Below the pieces are notes generated by a model. It was not told where the DNA came from and did not search any database. It saw only the letters and a program-made list of their open reading frames with translations. DNA of 63,090 bases, counting the filler, from Rhabdomonas costata (lineage: Eukaryota), in NCBI GenBank assembly GCA_019059605.1. It is 44 parts of 44 records of this genome, joined end to end, with 100 filler letters (N's around TTAATTAATTAA, not from the genome) between each part and the next. Parts side by side here need not be neighbours in the genome. Positions count along the whole stretch, not along the records: positions 51,720 to 53,055 come from JAHMHO010019012.1; positions 53,156 to 54,491 come from JAHMHO010019013.1; positions 54,592 to 55,927 come from JAHMHO010019014.1; positions 56,028 to 57,363 come from JAHMHO010019015.1; positions 57,464 to 58,799 come from JAHMHO010019016.1; positions 58,900 to 60,218 come from JAHMHO010019017.1; positions 60,319 to 61,654 come from JAHMHO010019018.1; positions 61,755 to 63,090 come from JAHMHO010019019.1; 36 more parts are not named here. One strand, given 5' to 3'. Position 1 is the first letter of the stretch. Every line of letters begins with the position of its first letter. The translations under genes and the position numbers were made by a program. Shown in pieces: positions 52,178 through 63,090 of this stretch.

Positions 52178-54591
52178 GTCCCTTCTGCACAAACATCCAA
52201 CGCACGCGAGAGCGCGATTCTCACCAACACTCATGCGTGATTCAGCAGTGAAACCACACAAAGGGTGCTGGAGTCTTCCATGCAATTGCCCTCCCAGCCC
52301 TTCTCGAGGCTCGGTGTAACCGATCTTGACGTGGTTGTTGTATCACCCCAACGTCCTCCGGCGGAATACGGAAGGTGAGCGGGTTGTGCTTCGCGGTGCT
52401 GATAGGCCCACAACGGTCTCCCAGGACTACAACGCTCGGGTGTGGCTTCTGAAGGGTACCGCGCCTGCGGTAGTACTGCGAGGCCGTGAGATCTGTCTAC
52501 ACTCAGTGGAGTTCCGCGAAGGCCGGTCACGTCGGCCGCAGCGTGTCCGTACCGATGCTTGTGTAATGTCTGTGCAGCTGAGCCGGACAGCACCACAGCA
52601 AGGACTTTGGCCAGGCATGTGGTCTCACAAAGTTGAGGCTCTTTATTTAACAGGGGTTTAGATAAATTACCCCTTCCCCCGCTCGCGATGCGAAATTTAG
52701 GAACACCCCGTAAGCCAATCCGCCGACTCGCGTCGCTGAGCCCCCGCGGCACAAGGTAGCCTTTTGGTGGTGCGGCCATAGAGGCCGTGGCCATGTTCTT
52801 CTTGAGTGCATGCGTGGACTGGAGTGCCCGGTGCCCGCCGGGACGCACTACCGATTTCAGTCCTTCGGATAATGGTTCCAGGTTTTTGAAACGGGATTTT
52901 CAGAGACGGAAATTTCAAGTGGTCTTTTTTTTTGGTTGCAGCGATTCGCAGGCTTGTCATACCAACACAAATTCACAATTACGTGCCAAGGGCGGTAAGG
53001 GCGATAAGGGCTCTGAATTGTCCCGAAAGGCTTAGATTGCATTTCAGGATACATANNNNNNNNNNNNNNNNNNNNNNNNNNNNNNNNNNNNNNNNNNNNT
53101 TAATTAATTAANNNNNNNNNNNNNNNNNNNNNNNNNNNNNNNNNNNNNNNNNNNNGGGGGGGTGGTGCTTCGCGGTACTCAATGTCCGGATCAGGCACAC
53201 TTTTTGGGACGTTATTTTTAGAACCACGGGGTTAGTTCAACTCTGTCAACTACCTCTAAAAGCATTTGTTTTGGCACAATGGGAGTTAGGTATACTCCTT
53301 TTGTTGCCCCCCCCCCCCCTACAAAGACATAATTTCAGGAGGGGGGAGGGGTAAGGAAATTTGTGACCGCGTAGACAAGATGCCCGCATGCAAGCAACAG
53401 TGGTGGAGAGCATGAAGAGGCCGCGCAGCGACAAGTGTATCCAACTGGTGGACTGAGCTGATGTCTCCAAGTTCTCTGGTCATCCCTGTGGCGCCTTGCA
53501 ATCGATAATGGGCGCGTGCATCAATACCCCCTAACCCACTATCCTTACCACACCCATGTCCTTTCGTTTCTTGCCTCGTTTCCCCATATTTGGTGGACAC
53601 CCAACCACATCTCGATCTCTCTTGTCATTGAGTTTCTTTTTGGTTGCACCTTTCTCGGTTAGATTGACAATTCTATTCAGCTTGTGCTCTTTTTGTAAAT
53701 ACTTGCTGCATCGCTTCCAGCCAACACTGCTGTTATCTCCTCGTTGACGTGTGTGTGCGTGTGTACGTGTGTGTGTGCGGATGGGGTAGACCGCTCGCTT
53801 TGCCCAAAGCGGCTGACAGTCATCGTCCAGGTCACGTGAGGAGTCTGAAACCTCACTAATGGGGTGCCTGCTCCATGGTCGCCTCCAAGAGGGGTCCCCC
53901 GGGAGGCACCCTCATCGTCGGGCAGCACCGTGCCGCCGATGATAACCAAGGTCTGCCCCGCGGTGACGGGCGGGGGCAATCCAGAGGGTTGAGGTCCTGC
54001 AGGCCCCCGCATCACAAAACCGCAATGCAGCAGTTCTTCGCAAAGGCTGGAAAATACAGGAACACACTGGTTCTTTGGCCTGACTGAGGTCGGGAGGGTG
54101 GCCGTGCTCGGTCCTAAGAGCATTCCAACCAATTTCCTAGAATGGACTAACTCACACCGCTTTACAGCCTCACTTCGGAATAGTGGCAGGAAGACGAGAG
54201 TGGCTCTCACTTAGGCTAATATAAAGAGTGGTGGCTCGGTCGATCCCCGCACGAGGTGGAGGCCGTGTCCATCGTATACCGTTTTCGCTCTCCTAATCAT
54301 GAACTTAAGTGCATAACGATGGCGTAATTAGGAGTGGATTACCAAACGTCATCTCCGTTGGCTGTTTTAGTGTGCTGTGTCACACGTGGGATAGACTTTC
54401 TTCAGAGCGTGTGAGTGTTGCGGGATGCCAGTCCACTACGCAGGCATAGCGAGCAGCTGAGCCTGCGTAGTGGACTGGCATCCCACAAACANNNNNNNNN
54501 NNNNNNNNNNNNNNNNNNNNNNNNNNNNNNNNNNNTTAATTAATTAANNNNNNNNNNNNNNNNNNNNNNNNNNNNNNNNNNNNNNNNNNNN

Positions 54592-54931
54592 CTGGAAGAA
54601 CAAGAACAATGTGCGGGAGCTAATGGTAGCCCTGGACCAAGAAGTCCGCGAGCACCGCAGGGACCCAGCCAGGCCGCCATCGCCCGACGAGCGGTTCTGG
54701 GTACTGCAAACGGTGCTGTCCCCGGGGCCTTCTGACTTTGTTCAAGGCACTGTCTTGCACCCCGCTGGGCAGCCTCGCTCGTTGCTGCACTACAGTGAGA
54801 TTCTTCGGCGGCCGCTGCTGCACCACCTGCGCTCAGACTTCTGGCGCTGTGCTGAGCTGAACGTGGTGATGACGGACTTCTGCCACGAGCCGCAGGTGGC
54901 CAGTACGATAGTCCGGCTGAATGTCCGATAA
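54592..54931 (+). CDS. PI-PLC X-domain-containing protein (PLCXD-like), final exon
   Basis: WKNKNNVREL...FWVLQTVLSP...LNVVMTDFC...VASTIVRLNVR*. Confidence 0.7.
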
Positions 54932-57874
54932 GGCATCATTCCCCCAAGACTCCCATACCTTGGTTCCATTGTATCAAATCAAGCCCAATGTCTCGTTTTT
55001 TCCTCGCTTTTACTTGCAACGCAACTGTTGAATCCTCTTGTTATGCCGTTCCGGGTTCTTTTGTTGAAACACAGTTTTTGTGCTGTCGTGCTGTGTTGTG
55101 CTGCTCTGTTGCCCTGCATTGTTTCTTGGGTCGGTTGGGTATACGTCTTTCTTTCTTCTTCGCGTGATGAACGATGTTGATGGGAGGACGACATATGCAA
55201 AATCTTGACAGTCTACTGCAGGACCTGAGGCTGCTCAATTTTTTTTTGATTTAGGTTGTAAGGCTTTGCACTGTGATCATAAGTACTTTCCACTCTGGAG
55301 TGGATAAATCCCGCTGCGAGGTGCATGATGAAGCATTTCTTTTCATCGCCGGTATTGAGATTTTTGCAATTGCTGAATTGTTATTGCTGCCGCGACTCCG
55401 AACTTGCAAATGTCAGGAGATCGGAAGGAACAGCTTTCGATTTCGATATTTTAGGTCACTTCTCTACGCCCCCCTCCCCCTGCCGGCGATTGAGGTGCAA
55501 TAACGATAATTAGTGTTCCTCCTGTCCCAATCTGTGACGTACCTTGTTGGGTGGAACCCTTCGCTCCTTTTTACCTCAGCTTTTTTGCTGTGGCTCGTTT
55601 TTACCGTGTAATGTGGTTTTCGCTTTCCTGCTGATGGAGCATGTTACACTTCCGGAGCCGATCCACCCTGTGCCCTTGGAGCCCACTGTAGATACCCCAC
55701 GGCCGCTAGATGGCAGGTAATTCCAAATCTTTACCCCTCCTTTCAAATCAATTCGTTACTTGGGGTTTCCCTTCATTTCGGCTGGCTCTCCGATGCGAGG
55801 GACACATCCTTTCTATTTCCATTTTACATTCACGCTTCAGTTTCCATCTACCCTCTGTTCTTCGCCCTCTTCCAAGACAAGAACATACTTTGCATCGCCT
55901 GTTCTTCGCAGCCCCCCCCCACAAACCNNNNNNNNNNNNNNNNNNNNNNNNNNNNNNNNNNNNNNNNNNNNTTAATTAATTAANNNNNNNNNNNNNNNNN
56001 NNNNNNNNNNNNNNNNNNNNNNNNNNNGTTTTTGCTTTTATTACAACTGCAAGAATGCCGTACTTTTATAAACTTCTCGAAATCCTCGTTTCGGCGGTGT
56101 TGAAAAAAGTTGCTTCACACCAAATGACACGGCAAGATTGAAAAAGATTGAACCGTGCTATGTGACCTCGCCAGACTCCATCGAATCGGACCGCTGCGGC
56201 ACATTCTGCTTACACAATCCAAGGAAGAGCCGCTGAGGGCAAAGGAGGGGGGGCGGAGGCACCGGCTGCGGGGAGTTCGCGAGGTCGCAAAACTGGAACA
56301 CCGCCTTCTGTTTCCGGAAGAACGTCAGCCCATCCTTCGAATGGCCGCGGGTACTTTCTGGCCACCAGGCACCCTTCTCTGGCCGAGCAGGACCCTTGTG
56401 CTCCCCCGCGGCGGGCACATCGCACCGGGCAGCCCCCGCGCTCTTCCCCGGAGATCCACCTTACGGAAAACAAAGGCAAACCACCAAAGCTTGAGTCGCA
56501 CCTCCAATCACCATTCAACACCACGTGCTGTGCGCCCATTACATGCTTTCTACTTCTTTTTACTGCTGAACTCGGCTTGAGGTGATTAGCTCCAGTTCCT
56601 CCAGGGAGTTTACGTCGAGACACCATCCAACACTCATCCTCCTCCCGTTCCAGCACACTTCCACGCTGTGGCTATTGCACAAGGGCGTGCGCATTCTATC
56701 TATGGGAACAGTCTTCTCTTCCAACTCTTTCATCATACCCTTCCCCCCCCCCACTGCCAGATTTGCGCAGCCGGGGTCCTGCGCGAAGCCTGGTTCGTGC
56801 ACCGTCCGCAACCGGGTTCCAGAATCGGAAGCGATGAGGGGCATGTGCCGTGCTTTCGCCATGGTTGGGTATGATTTTCGCTCGCTGGGAGGGGCATTTC
56901 AGAAGTATGAGGTGGAGATTTGACTTCTCATCCTCCCTCTGGATCCTTCGTGCTGCGGGGTGCAGGCGATCTTGAGGCATCCCAAACAGAGAGTCATGAC
57001 AGCAGGAAAGAATTGTGTGTGTTGGGCGCACGCGCTATTAGACACGGGTGATCGCGAGAGGTACCGTGGAGAGAACGGGGTCGTGGGGAACCGGCTCACC
57101 GCCGAACCTTACACACATCGTAGCCTCCCTTCTGCCCACGGGTCCCGGAGTTTTATCTCGCAGCTGCTCTGTTCCACCGGCTACCCGCACTGCCCCATTG
57201 CCGCTCGGGTCTCTGAGGGTTCACAATCCTTTCTTTGGGGGAGGGGGGTGATGGGGCGTTCTCTCTCTCTCTCTCTGGCAGAAACAACCCTTTTCCTTCA
57301 GATTGGTACACCAGAGCAGCACCAGAATCTGCAGGCGTTGCCGTGCAGATTGCCCCACACACCNNNNNNNNNNNNNNNNNNNNNNNNNNNNNNNNNNNNN
57401 NNNNNNNTTAATTAATTAANNNNNNNNNNNNNNNNNNNNNNNNNNNNNNNNNNNNNNNNNNNNTGTTGTGTGTTTACTCCATCCACCGCCAGGACAGGGC
57501 CCGCGCTTGCCTTGATTGCTATGGTTTCGTAACTGCTTTCAGAACATAGAGACTCCCGGCAAGTTCGGGAGGTTCCCAGTGTGGCCTCGGCCGGAGCAGC
57601 TCCTCTCTATCTCTTCTGGCTATCGGCTCAGACCTGGTGACAAAAAGACAAAAGGCCCTGAGGGGAGGGCCCACATTTTGTTTTGTCGTGCTTTGTTTTC
57701 AGGAATACTACAACAGCAGGTATGTGCGCTCCGACGCCTGGGGACCGGGATTTTCTCTGTGGGATTCCTTTGCCATCCCATAATTGTGTGAGAGTGTGTT
57801 AGTGTGTTTCTTCGTTGCTCTCGTCGTAGGAGTGTGTATGTGTTTGTGTGATTTTCCTGTGTGTGACTTCGCAG

Positions 57875-58720
57875 ATGGTGCTGGCACTTCGGCAGGAGAC
57901 CCAGCTGGCGGTGCAGCTGTTCAGCCTTCTTAAGGGAGGCTACGCCATCCTGGACGAGGTGGACCTCCTGATGCACCCGCTTAAGAGCGAGCTGCACTGG
58001 CCCATTGGGGTGAAGGCCCCGCTGGACTTCACCCAAGGCAAGACCCAGGCCGCGGACGGGCTGCGGTGGCGGCTGCCCTTCCACCTCATGGATGCCCTCC
58101 TGTTTTGCGGCACCGGAGTGGCTGGGCCTAACGTCACTCGTCTGCGGGACAGTCGAGAGGCGACTCTGCTATTGGAAGACCTGAAGGCGGTGGTCCAGGT
58201 TGCCCCCCCACCACCACCACACCGGACCGTGGGCAACCTTAGCCCGTAATTGTGCTGCTGCAATACAACTGGATCCTATTGTCTGGTTTCACATCGATGA
58301 CCATTGCTCTGCGCCGTAACTCTGGAGCATAGATGATAGAATAGATGATAGAATGCCGAATGTGTTTTTGGGGTTGACATTTCATTTCATCTCTAGAGCG
58401 GCCGAGCTGCAGAGTCTAATGTTTCTGTTCCCCATATTTCAAAAGCAATCCTCAACGCAGGAGGGAGGGGACGACAATTGCCAACCCTCCCGAACCCAAC
58501 GCTTCCGTCCCGCGTTTCTTGTGCCGGTTTCCCTTGCAGGATGGCTACCGACGGAAGCTTCTGCAGAGCACCCCTCACCTGATCCTTCTCAGCCCGTACT
58601 TCTACACCACTCAGCTGAAGCCCAGACTTGCCCGCTGGATGCTGATCTGGCTCCGCGGGCAGGCTCTCCGAGGCCTCACCGACGAGGCCACGATCGCCTA
58701 CCTGCTGTCTTCCCCAAAAA
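57875..58720 (+). CDS. DUF3638/DUF3645-type giant protein fragment, 2 exons (57875-58198, 58540-58720)
   Basis: AILDEVDLLMHPLKSELHWPIG...GLRWRLPFHLMDAL and LLQSTPHLILLSPYFY; canonical GT-AG in phase 0. Confidence 0.7.
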
Positions 58721-59675
58721 GTGTGCCCCCTCCCCTCTTTCAGATGTGAAGGGGCGAACGAATCATCACAAGAAAACAAAAACCCAAACACACCACACAN
58801 NNNNNNNNNNNNNNNNNNNNNNNNNNNNNNNNNNNNNNNNNNNTTAATTAATTAANNNNNNNNNNNNNNNNNNNNNNNNNNNNNNNNNNNNNNNNNNNNT
58901 GTGGTTGGTCTCCAAACAAACTTCGACATACCGCCTTTTTAGTGTACCCCGCGCTGTGGGACCGGTTTGTGTATTGGGTTGGTGGGTTCCTCTGGTTGTG
59001 AATACTAGACCGGCTCTGCCGGATAGACCATAGATTGCCCCCCCCCAAGCGCTCACACGTAATCCTTCGGCTGGCATCCTTTGATCCATTGAAACTTTCA
59101 TCCCGCATCCAGCGCATACACCAGCTTTGCATGCCTTTCTTTTCTTTCTGAACGCATCAACTTCGCAGCAATCCAGCTCCCAGTTACTAGTCACCCTTAC
59201 ACCCTCCAGGAGTGTGCTTTCCCGCTGTCTGAGCTCTGTACCCGTTTCTGTACCTTCCGGCTTCTCATCTCTTTCTTGTTGCGTGCGTGTTGTTTGCTGT
59301 TTGCTGTTTGCAAGTGTACCTTTCACTGAACTGTGGTGTCTTGTGATTTCAAATAACATGAAAGTTTTTTCAGTTTCAGCGGAGCGGATAGAGACCACCC
59401 CAATGAAGAATTCGCGAAATGCCAAAAAGATTTATTTTCGTTCGTCCACCCGCGGGGGGCAGACTGAAGGCTTGTGAGAGATGAAGCAAAGTACCGGTAG
59501 CGCCGGAACAGGCCACGCAGGATTGCCACCGCAAAGGAACCGCAGCAGAAGTTAGCCACAACCGGAGCAAACTGCACACGCCTTCTTTGGCACAAGTGGC
59601 CCAGTACGTGGCTTTTTTGTGGGTGGGTTCATTCACAAGGTTGCACCCATCTTTTTTAACTGGAGCTGAAGAAAC

Positions 59676-59747
59676 CTGCACAGCAAGCCACTCTTCTTCG
59701 ATGGAATGTTGGGCCGCGTCCAGTGCAGCCTCCTTCAGAACAACACC
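59676..59747 (-). CDS. Short exon, possibly dynein heavy chain linker region
   Basis: ctccag|GVVLKEAALDAAQHSIEEEWLAVQ|gttt resembles 'A.KE..LE..L..I...W'; only 24 codons. Confidence 0.35.
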
Positions 59748-61407
59748 CTGGAGAGAGAAACAACAGCAGATACCAAGCAAGTTTTGGAAACGGGCGTCGT
59801 GTCCACAATCCCACGATCGAGCGTGGAATCTCCACCAAACTAAACGCTTAGCCGAAGGCTTGGCTGAAGGAACAGGGGCGGAATCCCCCAATGTTCTGCT
59901 TTGTTTTGAATAAATAATTTAAAAAAAACCGTTTTTACCGGCTCAGTGGAGTACAGTGTCTCTGCTTCCGTCCACAGCCTGTTCGGCCTGAACGGCACTG
60001 TTCTTGCAAGCAGCGTCTTCCGCGTCAGATCGCGGCCTTTCGTTTCGTTGCCATTTCTCCCCAAGGATTTGGTAGCACACTTCCCTCGCCTGGCTCTTGC
60101 TCTTGTTTTGGCGGGTCATCTGCGGTCGTGCCTGGAGACTTCCGGCTCGTTGCAGCGCCTCTTGCATCCAAAACCTCCAGCAATCCTCCTCCTATACCCA
60201 AAAAAGTTCCCACAACCCNNNNNNNNNNNNNNNNNNNNNNNNNNNNNNNNNNNNNNNNNNNNTTAATTAATTAANNNNNNNNNNNNNNNNNNNNNNNNNN
60301 NNNNNNNNNNNNNNNNNNGAAAGACTGGGCAGCGCTGGGTATGTTGTGGGTTAGAATGTCGCCCTGTGTTTGACCCTGCAGCCCTGCTGCTGTGTGTGCA
60401 TAATATGTGATGATGGGGACCACTGGTTTTGCGAGGAAGAGCTTCTCTACTCAACCTTTGTCTAGGTTGCCCTGGTGCGCAATGATGGTCCTGCGCGACC
60501 TTCTGTCTGCTATTATGTGTGCAAGGCGCTGCAGCTGGAAGGCCCTCAAGGTACGGTAAGCCTGACGCTCCCCCCCCCCTTCCGTGTGTGGTAGCCAATT
60601 TCCCCTTGTGTTTGCCCTGTCCTGTGTTTGCCCTGTCCTCCAATGAGGCCCCTTGCTGAGTTGACACCGATTGTCTCGCCATCTTTCTTCGTTGTTGACA
60701 GTGTCGAGCTCAGCACGTCAGTGTGTAATGCACTCTCTTTCACATTTCGAGGTGCCATTTTCTCGAACACCAGAAAAGGTCTCATTTTTGCTCCCTGGTT
60801 GCCCTTCCCCTCAGAATACAAAAAAAGGGAAAACGGAGCAAAATAAACTTTTGAATGTGCGGAAAACACGAAAAAGAAAAGGTGACACTTGAAACTTACA
60901 AAAACCCCCCGTTTCCGTTCTACGAGCAACCTTGGGGGGACGTAACGAGTGGCGTAATGAGCAAGCCGAATCTCCAATCAGGTCTGGTTGTTAAGCATGA
61001 AAACACGAGCATCCCTGTTTTGCGAAGCTTATCACAAAATCACTGATAACCCTTGCTGGGATGTGTGGCGTGTCAGAATACTGATGAATACCAACAACGC
61101 TCTCACTGCGGAGTGGAATTTCCAGTCATGCCACGTAATACGTCGGTGACACCCGATACTTGGTTCTTGATTTCTGCTGTCGCCAACTGCGGAAAAGCAC
61201 TCGCACGAGCTTTCCTTTCAGGTAAGCCGAAAGTATATTAGACTGCGAGGCCCACTTACTCTCCCGTTGCAGCGGGGAAGCCCTCGCTACCCCTGCATTT
61301 TCCACAAGAGTATGTCCTTTGCCTGACCTCTGCCACGTCGAACAAGCTGTGTTCCTGAGGTGGCCCTTGTGGTGCCCTCCCCAAGAAAATACAATTCTTT
61401 CGGCAGA

Positions 61408-61573
61408 TGAGTGGATGTACACCTTGGCCGCCTCCGAGCAGATCAACTCTTTGGAGCAGGGCTCCCGAGAGCAGCTGCTGATCTCGGTGTTCCAGGAGTG
61501 GAAGCGCACGGGAAGGGCGCCCAGCCAGCTGGCGCAGCTGGAAGCCCTGAGTGTGGTGGCGTCATCCTCGGAG
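61408..61573 (+). CDS. Exon of hypothetical protein
   Basis: ggcag|..EWMYTLAASEQINSLEQGSREQLLISVFQEWKRTGRAPSQLAQLEAL; GC3-rich; 3' boundary uncertain. Confidence 0.5.
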
Positions 61574-63090
61574 GCGGACCCCAACACCCCAGTGACCGCC
61601 CCACGGGATGGCTGCCGAAAGAATTGTATTTTCTTGGGGAGGGCACCACCACCCNNNNNNNNNNNNNNNNNNNNNNNNNNNNNNNNNNNNNNNNNNNNTT
61701 AATTAATTAANNNNNNNNNNNNNNNNNNNNNNNNNNNNNNNNNNNNNNNNNNNNGTGTTGTGGGTTCGGTAGCCCGAGCTTTGGCGAAAAGCCGTCTCCT
61801 GCTCGATTCCGGCCAGCATCGATCCAATGTGATGGGTTCTCAAACTTAGAATACGTGCTTTTTATCCTCACCAAAGGAAAGCGTACAAAACGTATTGCAT
61901 GCATACATACCAGCCAAGTGGCATTTTATAGCGTTCCCAGGACTTCAAATGGAAACTCCCTAACACACTAAATTCTGAGGTTCGGGATGTGTAACCTTGC
62001 CCTAAAACCCCACTTAAATCAACACAGAAGCAGCCTCGCTTTCAAAAACAAATTAGATGCGGGCTGTTGTACCTTTTGCTTTGCTGAGATTTTAGTCCAC
62101 ATAACAGAGAGCATGACACATAGCGTACACCTCGCACTTGCTCTTAGGCACAAAAAAAGGCGGATGTACAGAACCTCGATGATGCCAAAGCTATGAAGGC
62201 TCTTCGGGGAATTTAAATTTCGCAGTGAAGGCTTTCAAAGCACCACAGAGACCCCAGACAAGGACCAGACTCACATTCGCCCCTGGTGCGTATTAGCGGT
62301 TATTCGATTCACGCTCTCAACTCTTTTTCATTTTTCGTAGAAAAATAACTGGCAGTTCTAAGCCAGTGTTCCTTGCGTGCCGACCTTTGCTATTAACTCT
62401 GAACTGCGGTTCCTTTCTTGGTTATTGTCCAGAATAGATTTTCGGGGCGAGTCGCAGATACGAGGAATGACAGGAAACCCTCCTCACCCTTCCCCCCTCC
62501 CGTCGCCGCCTCCCAGGTCTCTCCTTTCAGCCTGGGATGCTCCCTCGAGGGCCCAGCACTGCCTCTTCCCCGTAGTGCTCTGAGAAGGGCAGAGTCCCGC
62601 CGCTCCTTCCCCCGGGGGGACTCCGTGGGGTCTCTGGGGCACAGCCCCTGTTCCTGCTCCACCGCTGCGCATACCCCGTGCAGCGGTGGTGAGGGGCTGC
62701 CGCAGCACAGGGTCAGCTTCACCGTTCCCGTGCCCGAGGAGCCTCCTGCTGCAGCGTCAATCAACAGCCCACGCAGGTCCCCTTCAGTGCTTGCTCTTCA
62801 GGCACTGTTCTCGGGAGGATCGCTGGTGCTTTGGAATTGGGAGACAAGGACGAAGGAAGAAAGGCTGAAAGCGGGGATCCAAAAGTTAGACAAGAAAAGA
62901 AAAGATGTACCATGCATACCAAAATCCCCGGGGAAATCCCTGCATTCCTCTTAATAGCCGCGGCTCACCGGTTCATAACAGGAAAGGAATCTCCCTACTG
63001 AACGGCTGCTGATCCGCGGGTCACACACATAGAACGCGCACATACAAAAAAGCCAAGTACAAATGCGGGCTTCCGAAATAAAAACCCCCC

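Noticed and set aside
54422-54484. 24-bp hairpin (a similar 17-bp one lies at 15647-15696)
   Set aside because: Both abut contig ends and primer tails
1338-61754. Regularly spaced TTAATTAATTAA repeats with ~1.4-kb spacers (CRISPR-like or minicircle-like periodicity)
   Set aside because: Artificial N-flanked linker joining contigs of similar length; not biological
170-62954. Most six-frame ORFs in the supplied track
   Set aside because: Shadow frames of GC-rich exons, intronic chance ORFs, or ORFs running into N spacers; real genes here are spliced

Overview
This is not a contiguous locus. It is 44 short contigs (~1.32-1.35 kb each) joined by an artificial N-TTAATTAATTAA-N spacer (stops in all six frames), so gene order across spacers carries no information. 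Most contigs begin with G/T-only and end with A/C-only tails, and several have terminal fold-back palindromes, as expected from single-cell whole-genome amplification. The bulk is an intron-rich eukaryotic nuclear genome with GC3-rich exons, GT-AG introns and apparently frequent GC donors. The gene families suggest a euglenozoan, probably a euglenid (inference). Recognisable fragments: UBL-domain protein, intronless C2 protein, UBA3-like E1, extracellular LRR protein, two class III nucleotide cyclases, decayed Merlin/ISXO2-type transposase, VIT-domain protein, KAP-like HMG box, LovD-like serine hydrolase, Rh ammonium transporter, PheRS beta, FN3-repeat protein, histone-fold protein, PIP5K, PLCXD, DUF3638-type giant protein. 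Best leads: (1) an AT-rich intronless foreign contig encoding an unrecognised ~193-aa tandem domain with an LTGYD[IV]R motif; (2) a fungal-looking beta-lactamase-family gene with a host-type acceptor upstream (HGT candidate); (3) a possible relict Euglena-type spliced leader upstream of an intronless gene; (4) a KAP-like HMG box; (5) recurrent GC splice donors. All family calls are from motif recognition by eye; no searches were run.
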